Assembly (NCBI RefSeq): GCF_024521635.1
Contig: NW_026250410.1
Span: 930,001 to 994,000 of the forward strand
Reading direction: 5' to 3'
Source of the DNA: Tricharina praecox
Taxonomy: Eukaryota
DNA length: 64,000 bases
The notes under the pieces were generated by a model. It was not told where the DNA came from. It did not search any database and was given only the letters and a program-made list of their open reading frames with translations. Made by a program: the position numbers and the translations under genes. Below, one piece after another: positions 14,801 through 27,873 of the stretch; positions within the stretch are counted from its first letter, which is position 1, and every line of letters starts with the position of its first letter.

Positions 14801-15723
14801 CAGAAACCCTGGCAAAGACCGCGGCGATCATCTGCTTGCTAGGCTGGGCCTCCAGTTGATTCTGGTACTCGTGTGAGCGAACGGATATATGTAGTAGCCA
14901 GCACGTCATTGCCACTTACGATGAACCCCGCCGCGAACAAAAAGTGAATAGCTTCCCGATTCAATTCCTTTGGTATCGGAAGCTCTGCCTGCAAGCACTT
15001 GACCAGGTCACAACCGTATCTCGTAAGAAACTCATTCTCGCCGGCCCTAAAGCTGTCGGGCCCACCCTGCTCCCGCTTCGCTTCGTTGTGCGAATCTCGC
15101 TCGGTAAGGTTCCGCAGCAGCTTGGTATGTGAATCGCTGTCCAAGTTCCCGGAATTCAACTGGTGCAGCAACGAAAGTGCAGATATGAGCGTGCGCAGCT
15201 GCAGTTCTCGCGAAAGCGACGCGGCATCGCTATCCTTCTTGGCTAGTCTTCCGGACAACACGCAGGCGATCCGGATGATGCCATGTTCGCTGAGCATCGC
15301 CTCGGGCGACACGGGCCGCAACGGGAGATACTGCGACTGCAGATCCAATATGATCTTGAGGAGGTAGACCGAGTTGTAAGCGAAGGCCTTCTCCATCCTG
15401 TCCAGCGTGCTGCTGACGATCCCATTGATTCCCGGCAGCAGCCACAGCATTTCCTTGACGGCGATGAACGGGTCCACATACTCGGTGGTGGTCGGCAGCG
15501 GCGTGTGCAATGTGAACTGCGAGTGCTTCGAAAGCGGGTTCAACACGCTCAACGACATGCGGTTCGACGCTGGAATCGGCGCGGGCGAGGCCACCGACCC
15601 TTCGCTCCCGTAGTAGAACGCTTCGGCTTCGTCCTGCGGAAACGGGTTCTCGCGCGAACCATCGCCGTCGCCGTGCCGTATTCCGGAGCCGGAGGTCAGG
15701 CCAACGATCGTAGGTAGCACCAT
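11809..15723 (-). CDS. Hypothetical protein of about 1,250 aa: helical N-terminal region, Ser/Pro-rich linker, C-terminal WD40/beta-propeller-like region; 4 exons
   Basis: Four ORFs join through introns 14868-14919, 14332-14393 and 12706-12759; the total CDS length is divisible by 3. Blade-like motifs include CISADGKHAVF, LSKDGRHVACA, AVSPSGDAAAV and AFTPDGRRIVAV. Confidence 0.75.
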
Positions 15724-17431
15724 GGTTGCTCAGAGGATCATATCAGTACTTTCGCAGTGTTCGTTTCGCGTTTGGTGAGTGGTTTATAGGGACGAAAGGC
15801 GAACTGTCCTGGGGGGTAAGGTAGTTAGGGAGGGAGGGGGGTGAAGGCAGTGTTCAGCTCGCTCGCAAGGGGATGACGGGATGCATGCGTTTTAATTGCC
15901 GGCCATGCCAGGCGGTTGCACACGCAAGGCGCAAGGCCTCCAACATCATTGGATGATTAAGTCCGCAGCTGCGGATTACCTTCACCCCTCCCCCCCTCCA
16001 AACGTCGTTTGCGGACAAAAGGAAACCACCCCCGCGTGCGCAACAGCACGACATGTTGCGTGGACCCTGCGCATCCAACTGAGCGTGCATAGCTTTTGTT
16101 CTGCATACAAAGTAGGAGCAGCCGGCAATTTATCGCAGGTGCCAGGTGCCTTTTGGCATTTAAAGTATTTACTTTACTAGTACCGTGCGGCGTGATCCAT
16201 ACTAACTTTGGGCCCCTGCTTGTGAAATAGTGATACTTATGTCATATATAGGTGCAATGCATAACGTGAGCTCGATCCTCACAGCGACAACAACGACAAC
16301 GGCATCCTCCCATCCCACCATCTCCTTTCCCCTCTCGCAACACATATTTAACTCCTACAAGAGCTTCAGTACTTGGGTTGCCGATTACCAGATTTAAAGA
16401 CAAAAACACAATGTTGTTGATAGCATAGCACGATCACCGAAGAACATGTCTCGATCTCCGGTTTTTGCTATTCTGTACAATGTATCAAAGCTATAGACAA
16501 GGTGGAAGAAGCTCTGGAGGGTAGTAGGGACGGCGGGGGCACGAGTAGTCACTGAATGCTTGATCTATACGAAGATATTCCATTGATGAGGCGGAAAATG
16601 GTTACGTAGTGACCTCTGCCAGTACTATCTGTACTCATGCACAGGTGAGTCCCCCGTGGTCGCCCGTCTATTGTGCAATACCGGATACACCGCAAGTCCA
16701 GAAGTCCTCACAGCGGACAACACGAGAACAACCCCATGAATTCCGTGTATGATACGAAAGGGGGTTTCCCTAACACCGACAACGTACCTCCCCCCACGGG
16801 AGCGAATATAAACTCGACACAGCCCACAAAGAACCTTCACAGATCCAGGCCCACCAACGTCGAATGGGCACAGCGGGTGCGAGGGCGGTAATCCAAGTTG
16901 TTCGGGGCGTGGTGTATCCCCGATTACTCAGAGAGGCGTAGAGAGCCGTCGAGGAGGATATGAATGGTCTGGTACTATTAGCTGAAGGGTTAGAACATGC
17001 TAGAGGATGATAGAGCCCATACCTTTCGTGTAGCACCCGTGACGACGAACTGATAGGTAGAGGCATTCAAAAACCAGCAAAAACTCACGAAGGCCTTAGG
17101 AAGAAATTCAAGATACCTATACAAATCTTGAATACGCTAACACACATACAGAAAGACTCTTCTTCTATACATCACAGTGCCGTTCTCCACAGAAACAGAC
17201 CTTTATGGAATAACAGACCATACAATTCAAGCAACATAAATCCAGACGAATTCATGGATCCGTGCTCGAGCACCGCTGAGTACATAGCCGATCCTTAACC
17301 GGCCGGCCGGTAGTCGTTTTGCAGTTCGTTCGTTCGTGGCGGGCGATAGGTTTGGTATGCCGGAGCCGGCGTAGAGCTAGAGCTATTGCTGCTGGTGGGT
17401 AGGTATCAGCCTTCGTTCGTGGCGGACACCG

Positions 17432-17830
17432 TCACACCGACAGCAGCACGGGCAGCCCTACTTCCGAATCCTCGAGCATCTCGAAGGTATCTGAGCTCAG
17501 AGAGTGTATCGCCGCATCCCCGCACTCACGCTTCGTATGTTCACTGTATCTGGTCAGCAATCCGGAGGAGAGCAGGGAGGAGATAACAGGTGGTGGGAGA
17601 GCTTACACTAGCTCGACAAGAGCGAGCCTGATCCTCTCCAGATGATCCCTATCTGTGTCTAGATTCACCGCGACGGCTGGGTATCTTTTCCACATGTACC
17701 GAAGCATCCCGGCGAGCGTGAAGATGGTCTGGATCTTGTTTTGCACGTCCTCGAATGATTGAAGTGTGGGTTCGCGGATGGCACCGGGATCAGGTGCGGC
17801 GGGCTGGCACGGACAGGAAGACACTTTCAT
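17432..17830 (-). CDS. Small orphan protein (about 111 aa), 2 exons
   Basis: CAAAATG start, CT-rich leader and TATATAA upstream (about 18051-18058). A 63-nt intron at 17544-17606 (GTAAGC...GCTGAC...CAG) removes the stop and extends the frame. Confidence 0.45.
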
Positions 17831-18159
17831 TTTGAATTGAAGAGTCAAGGAAGGAGATGAATGGGTATTGATTTTGCTTCCGGAAGGGTAAAGTATGCAA
17901 CTTGGTAAGGGGATGCTTAAATTATGCTGGAGAAGAGAATGAGTGGTCTGTGGTTGTTGTTGATAGGTCGTGGAACTGGAGTGCAGCAGCTGCTACGTCC
18001 AGGCACGGCAAAGAAAAGCTTATGCAATGGCGTACCCTGTCAACTTGAGCTTATATAAAGTGTACTGTCGTCATATAAAGTCTGGCCGCCACTCCACGAG
18101 ACCGAAATAACCTCCGAGCTCCTATGTGTCGGTATGTTAGACAGACTTATGCAACTGGT

Positions 18160-19560
18160 GCAGATGCAGTCCCGCCGCCACAGCTCACCTCGCTACTTGA
18201 TGACTCTGATGAGGAGTTCCGCTTGAAGCCCTTCAAGTACTACAATGGACTGAAAGACGTCTTCACCAGTATGAATGCAGCAGATGCGGTTCCGCTGTCT
18301 CAGCTCACCTCGCTACTCAATGACTCTGATGATGAAGAACCAGTTGAAGTTTCTTCTTCACGCAAGCGGTCCAACTACCTTTCTTCGACGATGGGTACAC
18401 CACGTTCCCGCTCCGCTACGAAAGGGATGCATAAGCGCAAACGGGTTCACAGTCAACCTCTGAAACAACCGGCCAACCAGTCCATCGCAGCTGCATTACT
18501 GGAAATCAGTAACCGTGCGACAGCCCTCAGCGAGCCCCGAAAGTTCCAATTGAGGAGTATTCAACCCTTCCCAGATCGAAGATGTTTGGCCTATTACTAC
18601 TGCTTGAGGGCAACATGAAAGCTACGCACTTTCTGAACATGGAAAGAATAGCAGAAGACATGTGGCGCGACTACAATTTGTATCTAGAAAGGTAGAGAAG
18701 ATGTATAAAAAAAAGACATCCTTCTACTCCGAATTTACCCTCTTCTCACCCAACTGAAGGTTGATCCAGCTAACGCGAAAGCCTCTACCTTTCTAGATAC
18801 AAGTTGTAATCACGCCGCATGTATTCTGTTATTCTTCCATGTTTAGAAAGTGCGTAGCTTTCATGTTGTCCTCAAGCAGTAGTAAAAGGGGAAACATCTT
18901 CGGTTTGGAAAGGGTTGAATACTTCTTCAAGTACAATTTTCAGGGCTCGGCTGGTCTGATTCTGGCCGCTGAGGGCTGTCGTACGGTTACTGATCTCCAG
19001 TAATGCAACTGCGATGGACTGCCGGCCGGTTGCCTGAGAGGTTGGCTGCGAATCCGTTTACGCTTATGCATCCCTTTCGTGGCGGGGCGGGAACGTCGTG
19101 TACCGGATGTTGTTGTTTTTCATCGTCGGAAGAAAGGTAGTTGGGCCGCTTGCGTAAAGAAGAAATGTCAACTAGTTCTTCATCATCAGAGTCATCGAGT
19201 AGCGGGGTAAGCTGAGATGGCGGGTCTGCATCCGCACTGGTTACACTTATACCGGTGAAGACGTCCCTAAGTTCATTATAGTACTTGAAGGGCTTCAAGC
19301 GGAACTCGTCTTCAGGTTGGCTTTAAGAAACATCTCCCAGACATCATCGTCTGCTGTCGGCACACCACGGACTTCATCCCACCCCAAAACCACTGAACGT
19401 AAGCATTCCTGCAAAGCTATCGAATTTCTTCTTCAGCTAGTATAACATACACCACGTGTAGTTGGACCGCTTGCGTAAAGAAGAAACTGGTTCTTCATCA
19501 TCAGAATCATCGAGTAGCGAGGTGAGCTGAGACGGCGGGACTGCTTTCGCACTGGTTTTC
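18160..19560. mobile_element. Rearranged PIF/Harbinger-type Myb/SANT ORF relics (several partial copies in both orientations)
   Basis: The minus strand at about 19250-19435 reads LKKKFDSFAGMLTFSGFG/WDEVRGVPTADDDVWEMFLK/QPEDEFRLKPFKYYNELRDVFTG with two frameshifts, the SGFGWD...VW...FR.KPF..Y pattern of Myb/SANT-like domains. The segment is repeated on the plus strand from 18214. Confidence 0.7.
18214..19307. repeat. Long imperfect inverted repeat (arms 18214-18697 and 18783-19307, spacer about 85 bp)
   Basis: For example GAGTTCCGCTTGAAGCCCTTCAAGTAC pairs with GTACTTGAAGGGCTTCAAGCGGAACTC, and TATCTAGAAAGGTAGAG pairs with CTCTACCTTTCTAGATA. Confidence 0.85.
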
Positions 19561-21353
19561 GCTGATCTGTAGAAGTGACGCCTGTAAGGTAGTCTGCGAT
19601 TCCGTCGCCTGTGGGGTATGTTGTGATGACGTCGGAGTGAATGGTGCTTCAAGCTGAGAGGGTGAACTTATAGAGGAGTCCATGCCGGCCGACCGCTGAG
19701 TTGCCGCTGAGGATTGCCGGTAGGGAGAACTGTCCGCTGAGTTGCCGGTAGGGGGAACTGTCCGCTCCATGATGGGTCTGTCTTCATGTCAGTAATGGTT
19801 CACTTGCGCTCGCTCTCCCTTTAAGCTTCTGTGTAGTAGATGTGGCTGCTAAAAGCATTATGTCACGAGAAATTCTTGGCACATCCACATAACGACATTT
19901 GGAGAGTAGATAGAGAATTGGCCCTTGGAAGTCAGAGATCACGATGCGTTGATTGCTATGTACCTCCTTGGATACCTATTTCCTTAAAGACTTCAACAAG
20001 TACTATTCCCGTGTTGTAGCTACCAGTCGCCTAAGCAACCTCCGACCTGTCACCTGCCTCTACATACGCCTTCAAACTGCCCGTTGTTGCAAGGGATCAT
20101 ATCTTGGATTTCTACTGACGTATGTAGGTCTGGAGCAGCTGTATGATTATGTAACCGGTGATACCGATGATCTGCACAGGGTTTCGCGTGGTGTTGTCGC
20201 ACAACGCTGAACGACTTTCATGTACATACCGTACCTGTCCAGCACGCAGGGAAAGTCTCCGTCTGAAGTGCGAAGGCATCGTTGCTGATGGGGTATCCCG
20301 GAGAGTCGGTCGTTCGGGGCGGCATAGTAAACACTCTACTCGCTGCTGCTGCCGGAAAAGAAACGGCCGGTACATGGTGCTCTGGAGTGCCCACGCCTGT
20401 GTTCGACTGCACATGTACCATACCTACGTCATCAATCTTTGTTCGAACCAATTTCGGTGTTCTGACTTCTGACCTTCATTCACAGCGGCACTTTTGTGGA
20501 GTTCATCCCGATGCCTCATCTCGGCCTCATCGGTTCCCCCGCTTGCCCATCTCGACTCTCAGGGCGCAGCTGCAGTGTCGGGCACGAACCTGAACTCCAC
20601 CATCACGTGTATGAGGCGTCACCCCCGGCAACTGTAGTCCCGCTGATAATTCAGGGTGCATCAACTCCTCCGGGTAAACGCTGCACCAGCAATTTTTTCC
20701 CGCGCGCGACTACAAAAGCCCGGCGACCCCTCATTTTCCTTTCTCCTTCTTTACCAGACACACACGGCATCATCCAATATTCGTATTGTTTGAATAAACA
20801 AATCCGCCAGCAGAACGCTACAACTCCGCTGGCAACACTCGAACTGTGTGTCGAGATCAGATTGCGGTTTTCATGACCAAAGTTCTCCTTAAAAACCATC
20901 GCGACGAGACGCTCGTTCGGGCTTTGCCTGAACTGATGCTGCTCCATGACCTGGTGATGACCTGAAGTGAGGAACATTTATATCTACATCCGTGCCGATG
21001 TGTGACCGAAACGAGATTCGGAAGTTTGTCTTTTCTTGTATGTAAGCCGAACACCCTCCTCCCTCCCTACACCGCCCGCGCGCAGACGGGACGACCGCAT
21101 CGATTCGTCCTGCTCGTGGAGATGATACAAACAGAGCTCTGGTAATTAGAACCAACCGGTCGGGGCCTGTCTGGCTCCGATACTGGTAGGAAATGACATC
21201 TAAAAAGGCACAGTCTGAACCAGCAGGATCATACCGAGTCGTCCTCGCCGTGCGTTGTTAGAACAAAACCTGTGGGATAATTGAAGATTTCTGACTCGGA
21301 GTGAGATCGTAGGAAGCAATACCGCAGAGATGTACGGAGACGTACGGACATAA

Positions 21354-21393
21354 CGCTCGCACGGAAAGCACGCTCGCACGGAAAGCACGCTCG
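21354..21393. repeat. 17-bp tandem repeat ACGCTCGCACGGAAAGC, about 2.4 copies
   Basis: Read directly from the sequence. Confidence 0.7.
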
Positions 21394-23183
21394 ACGCGAT
21401 TGCGCGGCGCCGATTGCTCGAGATGTGGCCGAGCACGGCTGGAGGTTGCCGACGAGGCTGGCTGGCTGCCCGGCGGGAACGCGTGCCTCTATCAATCGCG
21501 AGAACCTATTCGGTTTTTTCCACGACACGCAAATCACTTATACATACACACCTCCTATATACCCACACATGGTGCGGCGGGAGTGGAGAATTATATATGG
21601 AAATGCAGACGGCTCCGTGGTCTATTACAGATGCAGCATAAGATCTCGCTCGTGAAAGATCCGAACGAAAATGCTGCTTCACGTGCCGCCGCGTGACGTT
21701 GAAACGCGACGGTAGAATGGACTCGATAGATCGAAAGGGAAGGGATATATGATTCGCCTGAAGTAATTGGGGAACGGTAATATTCGCGGTATAATAATTA
21801 CCTATATGGTGTGCTCGCACTCTACGTGCTGTACCCCAGATCTTGCGCTGCAACATGTACCTGTGTAGATCTGGTTTGTGCCGCGCCGTCTTGAATTGGA
21901 ACAGATACCCTCAGCGAACTCAAATATCCTGATACTGTTGGCCATTCCCTAGGCTATAGTGATGATTAACAGAAGTCAAACTTTGTTTGGCGGGAAATTC
22001 CTTCACAACTTTCCGATTTTTTTTTTTTTCGTGGGCTTGTTTCTCCCATTAACCGCAAGAATTTCCCAGGTGACAGGTGATGGCCGTCTGCAAGGTTCCT
22101 TCGTTCTTGGCGAATGACAGTCGTCTCCTCTTCTCTCCTCCTTCTCTGATTCTTTCCTGTGATGCAACAGCAAGAACCGTTGCAGTAACTCTACCTAAAC
22201 CCCCCTAACAAACTCATCCTACCCACCGCCCCCCTCCTTCTCGTCCACCCTCCGACCCCATACAAAAGGAAAAAACAGTTTGTTCTCTCGAATCCTCCGA
22301 ACTTTTCAAGCCTTCTCTAGCCTTCTCAAGACTTCCCTCACCACCACACTCAATCAACAAGAACCTTCCTACCATCCCACCTCGTCAGGAACCACCACCT
22401 ACCTACTGAACTTTACTACCCGCACCAATCCCACTCAATAGGAATAACGGATCCACCCAGCAAATCGTCATTTTGCGTGTCCTCCCCTGTCAACTAAACT
22501 CCTCCTTCCTTCACTTCCCTCCTCTCGGAAACTTGACGCCGACGAATTACCCCCCGCCGCCGTTGTCCATCATCCTCTCCATCCGTCATCCCGCTAACAC
22601 CACTACCCTTACCAACCACAACCCACCACACAACACAACACCCGTCTCTCTCAACTCTCAATCAACTTTCTTCGCCGCGCCCCACAACCTTACAACCTCC
22701 CACCAACAAACGCTCTCACTACCGCTACACCACAACCACAACCACAACACCCATAGCAAACTACTTCGATACTTCACCTGTAACTACTACAATACCACTA
22801 CCGTCTTACGGAGACTTCTCCTTCTACGAATCACGTCTTGACCTCGTCAATCGCATCAACAACCCACCCCATACTTTACCATCTGAATAGTCCACTCATC
22901 GCCTGCTTCTAGTTCATCCCCCTCCTCCTCCCCCTCCCTCCCTCCCTCCCTCCTCTCCCTTCCTCTCTTCCCCTCCCGCCGCCGCCTCTTCTTCACGTCT
23001 CTTACGCCACCTTCTCATCTCCCTCTTCTTCTACCTCTTCGCCATTCCTATCTTCTCTTCCAAAGCCCTCGTCTCAAGACCGCCGCCGCTCAAACTTCTC
23101 AAGCCGTTCAGTTACTTGCCGCTCGTTTATCCTTTTCTCAGTAGTGATACTCGAGCACACTTTTCAAGCTCTCCGGCATTCCA

Positions 23184-24330
23184 ATGGATACTTCCAACCC
23201 GCTCTGGAATCGCCGCTCCAACAAGTAACATTCCCGGCCGTTGTTGAGATTTGATACCTTCTTTTGGTTTGTGCGCTGACACGTTTTCTCTTTAAACAGC
23301 TCGACCAAACTTTCCCTTTCCATGTCAAGTGCAGCCGCCGCTGCTTCTTCCACTACAACCACGACTACTACTCCAGGTGAATCGGCTGCCTCCAGACTTT
23401 TTGCCGGTCCGCCGTCGGCACGCGTCACTTCCTCGCACCGTGCCAAAAATCCTTTCGACTTGCATTCCATCAACACCAATAATGCTCTCCCCTCACCTAC
23501 CACCGCGAGTGGCGCCAAGTCCGCTTCCGCTGCCTTTAACCTGGGTGCCGGAGGTGCCTTCGGTTCCTTTGGGCTTAAAACACCCAAGACTCCTGGTGCC
23601 GGTAGTGGCGGTGATGGCTTGAACGCTGCCGGCGCGGGTGTGGGCGCGGCTATCCCCGGCTTGCCCGGTAAGCTGACCGCATCGGAGGTGGTTGCTGGTG
23701 GTAAGAAGGTGACTATACCTCCGGTGCAGGAGGTTCACCCTCTCAAGAACACCTGGGTTGTGTGGTACCGCGCGCCTGGAAACAAATTTCAGGACTACGA
23801 GAAATCTACCCACAAGATTGCACACTTTGGGACAGTGGAGGAGTTCTGGACAGTCTACTCGCACCTGCGGCGGCCTAGCACCCTGCCGCACGTGAGTGAT
23901 TACCACCTGTTCAAGCAAGGTATCAGGCCGGTCTGGGAGGACAAGGAGAACCGGAACGGTGGCAAGTGGAACATTCGCCTGAAGAAGGGTGTTGCCAACA
24001 GGTACTGGGAGGATCTGATGTTGGCTATCGTCGGAAACCAGTTCGGCGACGCTGGCGAGGATCTCTGCGGTGCGGTTCTGAGTGTCAGGGGAAATGAGGA
24101 TGTTCTGAGCGTGTGGACGAGAGTAGACGGAGGCACCTGCTTGAAGATCAAGTATGTTCATCCCTTCGATCCAGGCGCATATCGATGCTAACTATATTTG
24201 TTCTAGGGGCACGATCATCAACAAGCTCAACCTACCCTCGGGAACGCGCATCGATTGGAAGTCGCACGCCTCTTCCCTCGAGGCTGTCAACAGCAAGACT
24301 CAGCCACAGACTCAGCCACAGGCCCAATAG
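23184..24330 (+). CDS. Class II eIF4E-family cap-binding protein (4EHP-like); 3 exons
   Basis: MDTSNPLWNRRSN-SSTKLSLS N-terminus; HPLKNTWVVWY, TVEEFW, YHLFKQGIRPVWED, NGGKW, LCGAVLSVR, SVW. Tyr in QDYEKS replaces the class I cap-stacking Trp. Confidence 0.88.
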
Positions 24331-25023
24331 AAACCGAATTAAAGCAAGGGACTTAGGCCCGATAGCTTCAAATCCCGTGTGCTCTTGTTGCGTATCCCAT
24401 TGTCAGCCTACCCGCGCGCGTCTTTGCAAAACTCGAGAATCTGTTGTGTTGTAAACTAGCTTTTCTATGGGGTTGGGTCCGGTCCGAGCCCATCTTTCTT
24501 TGCCATGCCATCGTTTCACGCTTGGTTCTAGGGTTTATCTTTCTTCATTTTCATTTCGTTCTGGCCTTTTACTTCCGATTTCTTGCGTCTTTGGGTTTGA
24601 TCTTTGGGATTGCATTGGTTCATTGAGCGAAACTATTCTTTCTTGGATACTTCTTAGGTTTTACTTTTGGGGTTGGGTTAGTAGTGATGGGTGGGGGGAA
24701 TGTCGTGTTTTCATTTGTGTGCTTTTGCGGTTTCCAGTCGGGACGTCTGCTGCCTTTATTATTCCGTCGGTAGGGTTGGCTCTTTCTGCTTGTTCAGATA
24801 TCTAGCGCTCTGGTTGGTCTAAGGAAGGGGGTGGGGAAGGGGGTGAGGAGGAGGGAAGAATTTGAGGTGTATGGAGTATGGGTTAGGTGTGTGGGTAGAT
24901 GCTTCGACCATAGTGTCGAATCATGCGAGCAAGAAACATCATTACAATGTAGCTGGATGATCAGATATCAAGTCAAGCCATCTCGTTCCTGCAAAACCCC
25001 TAGAGTAGATGACCGTCATTCGA

Positions 25024-25730
25024 TTATTCGATCCTCCGTAGCTCATTCTTCTTCGCCCAAATCATCGCCCTCACCGCCAGGTCCTCCACCATTTCTGCGA
25101 CCTTTTCGATCCCCTGGCCTGCATCAACGACCGTCCACCAGCCGTGCCTTTCCCCTGCCCCCTCCCTCCTCCTGACCTCGTCAAAACACCCCCTAACCCT
25201 CTCCTGCACATCGGACCGCTCATATCTCTCGCCGCCAAACCCCGCCCTCCCTTTCGCAACATCCACTGGCAAATCCAGAAACACCACCGCGTCGGGACTC
25301 GGCAGCCCCACGTCCGGAGCCCGCGCATACTCGTATCCCAGCGTCCCCTTGGCGATGCTGAACGCGATGCCGGAGTAGATGTAGCGGTCGAGAATCAGGG
25401 TCTCGCCGGCCTCCAGTGAGGCGAGGAGGGACGGTAGCGCTTCCCAGCGGTTCGCGGAGAAGAGGAGGTGGATTGCGTGGTCTTCCAGTAGAGGAGAAGA
25501 GTCGGAGTCGGAGTCGGTGGTTAGGTAGGTGTTTATCACCTGGCCGATTGGAGTCGTGCGGTCTGTGGAAAGAAAAGGTTAGCGAGAACAGAAGGGGGGC
25601 GGCGCGGGGCGGTGGAACCGGGGAATTTGATCAGTCGGCTGTTGTAGAGCCGCGACTCCAGGAGCGCGCATTGCGTCGTCTTCCCGGCGCGGTCGAGGCC
25701 TTCGATCACGATCAGGGCTCCGCGAGGCAT
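25024..25730 (-). CDS. CDC8: Thymidylate kinase; 2 exons
   Basis: [19 protein letters not shown]-loop, [34 protein letters not shown]. Confidence 0.93.
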
Positions 25731-26046
25731 TGTTTTCGTTGTTTCTCCTGTTGTGTATATGGGTGAGGCGGGGGGTGGGGGGTGGGGGGTGACATAGACA
25801 AGCCCTAGCAGACTGCCCTACGCACGCATCCCCATCCGGCGCTTTGCTGCCGAGTTCGGTCCGCAGCTTTCCCCGCAGTGTACTCTACTCAACACCGCAC
25901 CCCGGGCATCGGCCCGAACTCTCAATACGATCCGATCCGAATCTGATTAAAATAAATTTCCCACGTCCCACGTCCAATCCCACATCCGCCCGCCCCGCCA
26001 CGCCACCGCCATCTCCCCCCACCACTACGAGCAATCAACCACGACT

Positions 26047-26768
26047 ATGACTATGTCATTCGCGCGCCTCAGCAAGTCGCTCCTCCGCCTCCGCGCGCTA
26101 CCCACTCCCGTACCACGAGTCCGAGTCGCCCCCCGGATTGCCCCCGCGCCGTTAAGGAACTTCACAGTCTCCGCAGTGCGCGCTCACAATGAGCTCACCC
26201 CGCCAGCTCCCGGAGAGGAGTCAGTACCCTCCCACCAATATTTCTCTACATGCGAAGATACTGATATGGCGATAACTAGACTCAACATAACCTTCCTCGA
26301 CAAGGACGGCACCTCGCACACCTTCCAGGTCGCCACGGGCGACAACCTGCTAGACATTGCACAGGCGAACGATTTGGAGATGGAGGGTGAGTAGCGCATT
26401 TTTCCAGGAGGAATACACAGAGTACTTATCGACTCCGGGTAGGTGCCTGCGGCGGATCGGCCGCCTGCTCAACGTGCCACATCATCGTTGAGGGCGACGA
26501 GATGTACGATCGAATTCCGGAACCGAGCGATGACGAGAACGATATGCTGGACCTCGCATTTGGGTTGACGGAGACGTGAGTTATCCAGATCAGATGACGA
26601 TGACGGGCCGGTAGGGATTTGAATGGAATGGGAGCTGACACGGGTGGTGTTGTGTGCAGGTCACGTCTCGGGTGTCAGGTGCTTATGAGCAAAGACCTGG
26701 ATGGACTGACCGTACGGCTGCCGAGCATGACCAGAAATCTGCAGAGCAGCGATTTCTCAAAGAAGTAG
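26047..26768 (+). CDS. YAH1: Mitochondrial [2Fe-2S] ferredoxin (adrenodoxin-like); 4 exons
   Basis: Arg-rich presequence, [49 protein letters not shown]. Confidence 0.93.
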
Positions 26769-27011
26769 AGAGCACTGTCGTGCAGGCGAGACGACGACGG
26801 TGGTGGTGATGGAGCAGGCTGATATCTATGCGGGAACCATGTAAAATAACTCTACGTGTGGTCACTGGGATCATTGTACGATTGATGAGATTTCGCCAGG
26901 TTTTTGTGTTCGATAGACAACAACAAAAGGAGCGCCGGGAAACTTTTATAATGTACAAAAAGGAAACAAAAAGAATCATCCCAACAGTCATTACTCGCCG
27001 CAGCCGCAGCC

Positions 27012-27873
27012 TTATTTCGAGGCCTGGATGAGATCCAGGAAACCTTGTTTTGACATCTCCGTGACTACAATGTTCCGTCAGTATTCCAGGCCGCTTTAAG
27101 GCATGGAGAAAGAAGAAGAGCTCACCTTTTGCCTCCCTATTATCCATCCCCACAATGCCCTCCTTCCTCACGCCCTTCGCCGCCTCCTCGCCCTTGATCT
27201 GCGCGGCCCTGACGGCATTATACAGCTTAGCCACACCACTCCTGGCAATGGACCTAAGGACCTTCTCCTTCTCAAGTGCCTTTCCGGCGGCCTCATCGTC
27301 ATCCCTGGGCACCAGGTCTCTGACACGGCCCTTCTCCTTCTCCTTCCTAATCTCATCCTTGAGCACCCTCCTCGCCTTCGCCTCGATCTTCCCCTCGTCG
27401 ACGTGATCGGCGGTCTGCTTCGCGCGCACAAGCACAGGGTCTTTCCGCGCCGCGGTTGTCAGGTGCGACCCGAGGATCTTCGACATCGACGTGCTGAACG
27501 CCAACGGGTCGTTGCGCTTGCGCTTCTTCTTCGTCTGCAGGTTCTGCGACGCTACCAGCGAGCTGATCGAGTCGTCGCTGTCGGAGCCAGAGCCGTCGAG
27601 CGAGAACTCGTCCCCCTCCTCGTCCTCGTCCTCATCGAACTCATCTTCGGATGACGACTCGGCAGAGGCGTATTTGTCTGAATCGTCGTCGTTGGCGGGC
27701 TTCGAGGGCTTGATGGGCTCGGAGGTCTCCTTGGCGGCTGCTGCGGCGGCGGGTTTGGGTGCAGGTTTGGGTTTAGGTGAGGGTGCGGCGCGGGCGGGCT
27801 CGCTGAGTTGCGCGGCGGCGGCGGCTCCACCGCTGGTCTTCCGCTTCTTCTGGGCGCGTGCGTGGGGTGGCAT
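27012..27873 (-). CDS. RRP15: Ribosomal RNA-processing protein Rrp15; 2 exons
   Basis: Acidic N-terminal half, AFSTSMSKIL, DPVL, EKVLRSIARSGVAKLYNAVRAAQ, and terminal VTEMSKQGFLDLI. Confidence 0.88.

Noticed and set aside
19800..21900. Numerous short ORFs as genes or a Harbinger transposase
   Set aside because: No recognisable motifs such as DDE and no consistent exon structure; left unannotated.
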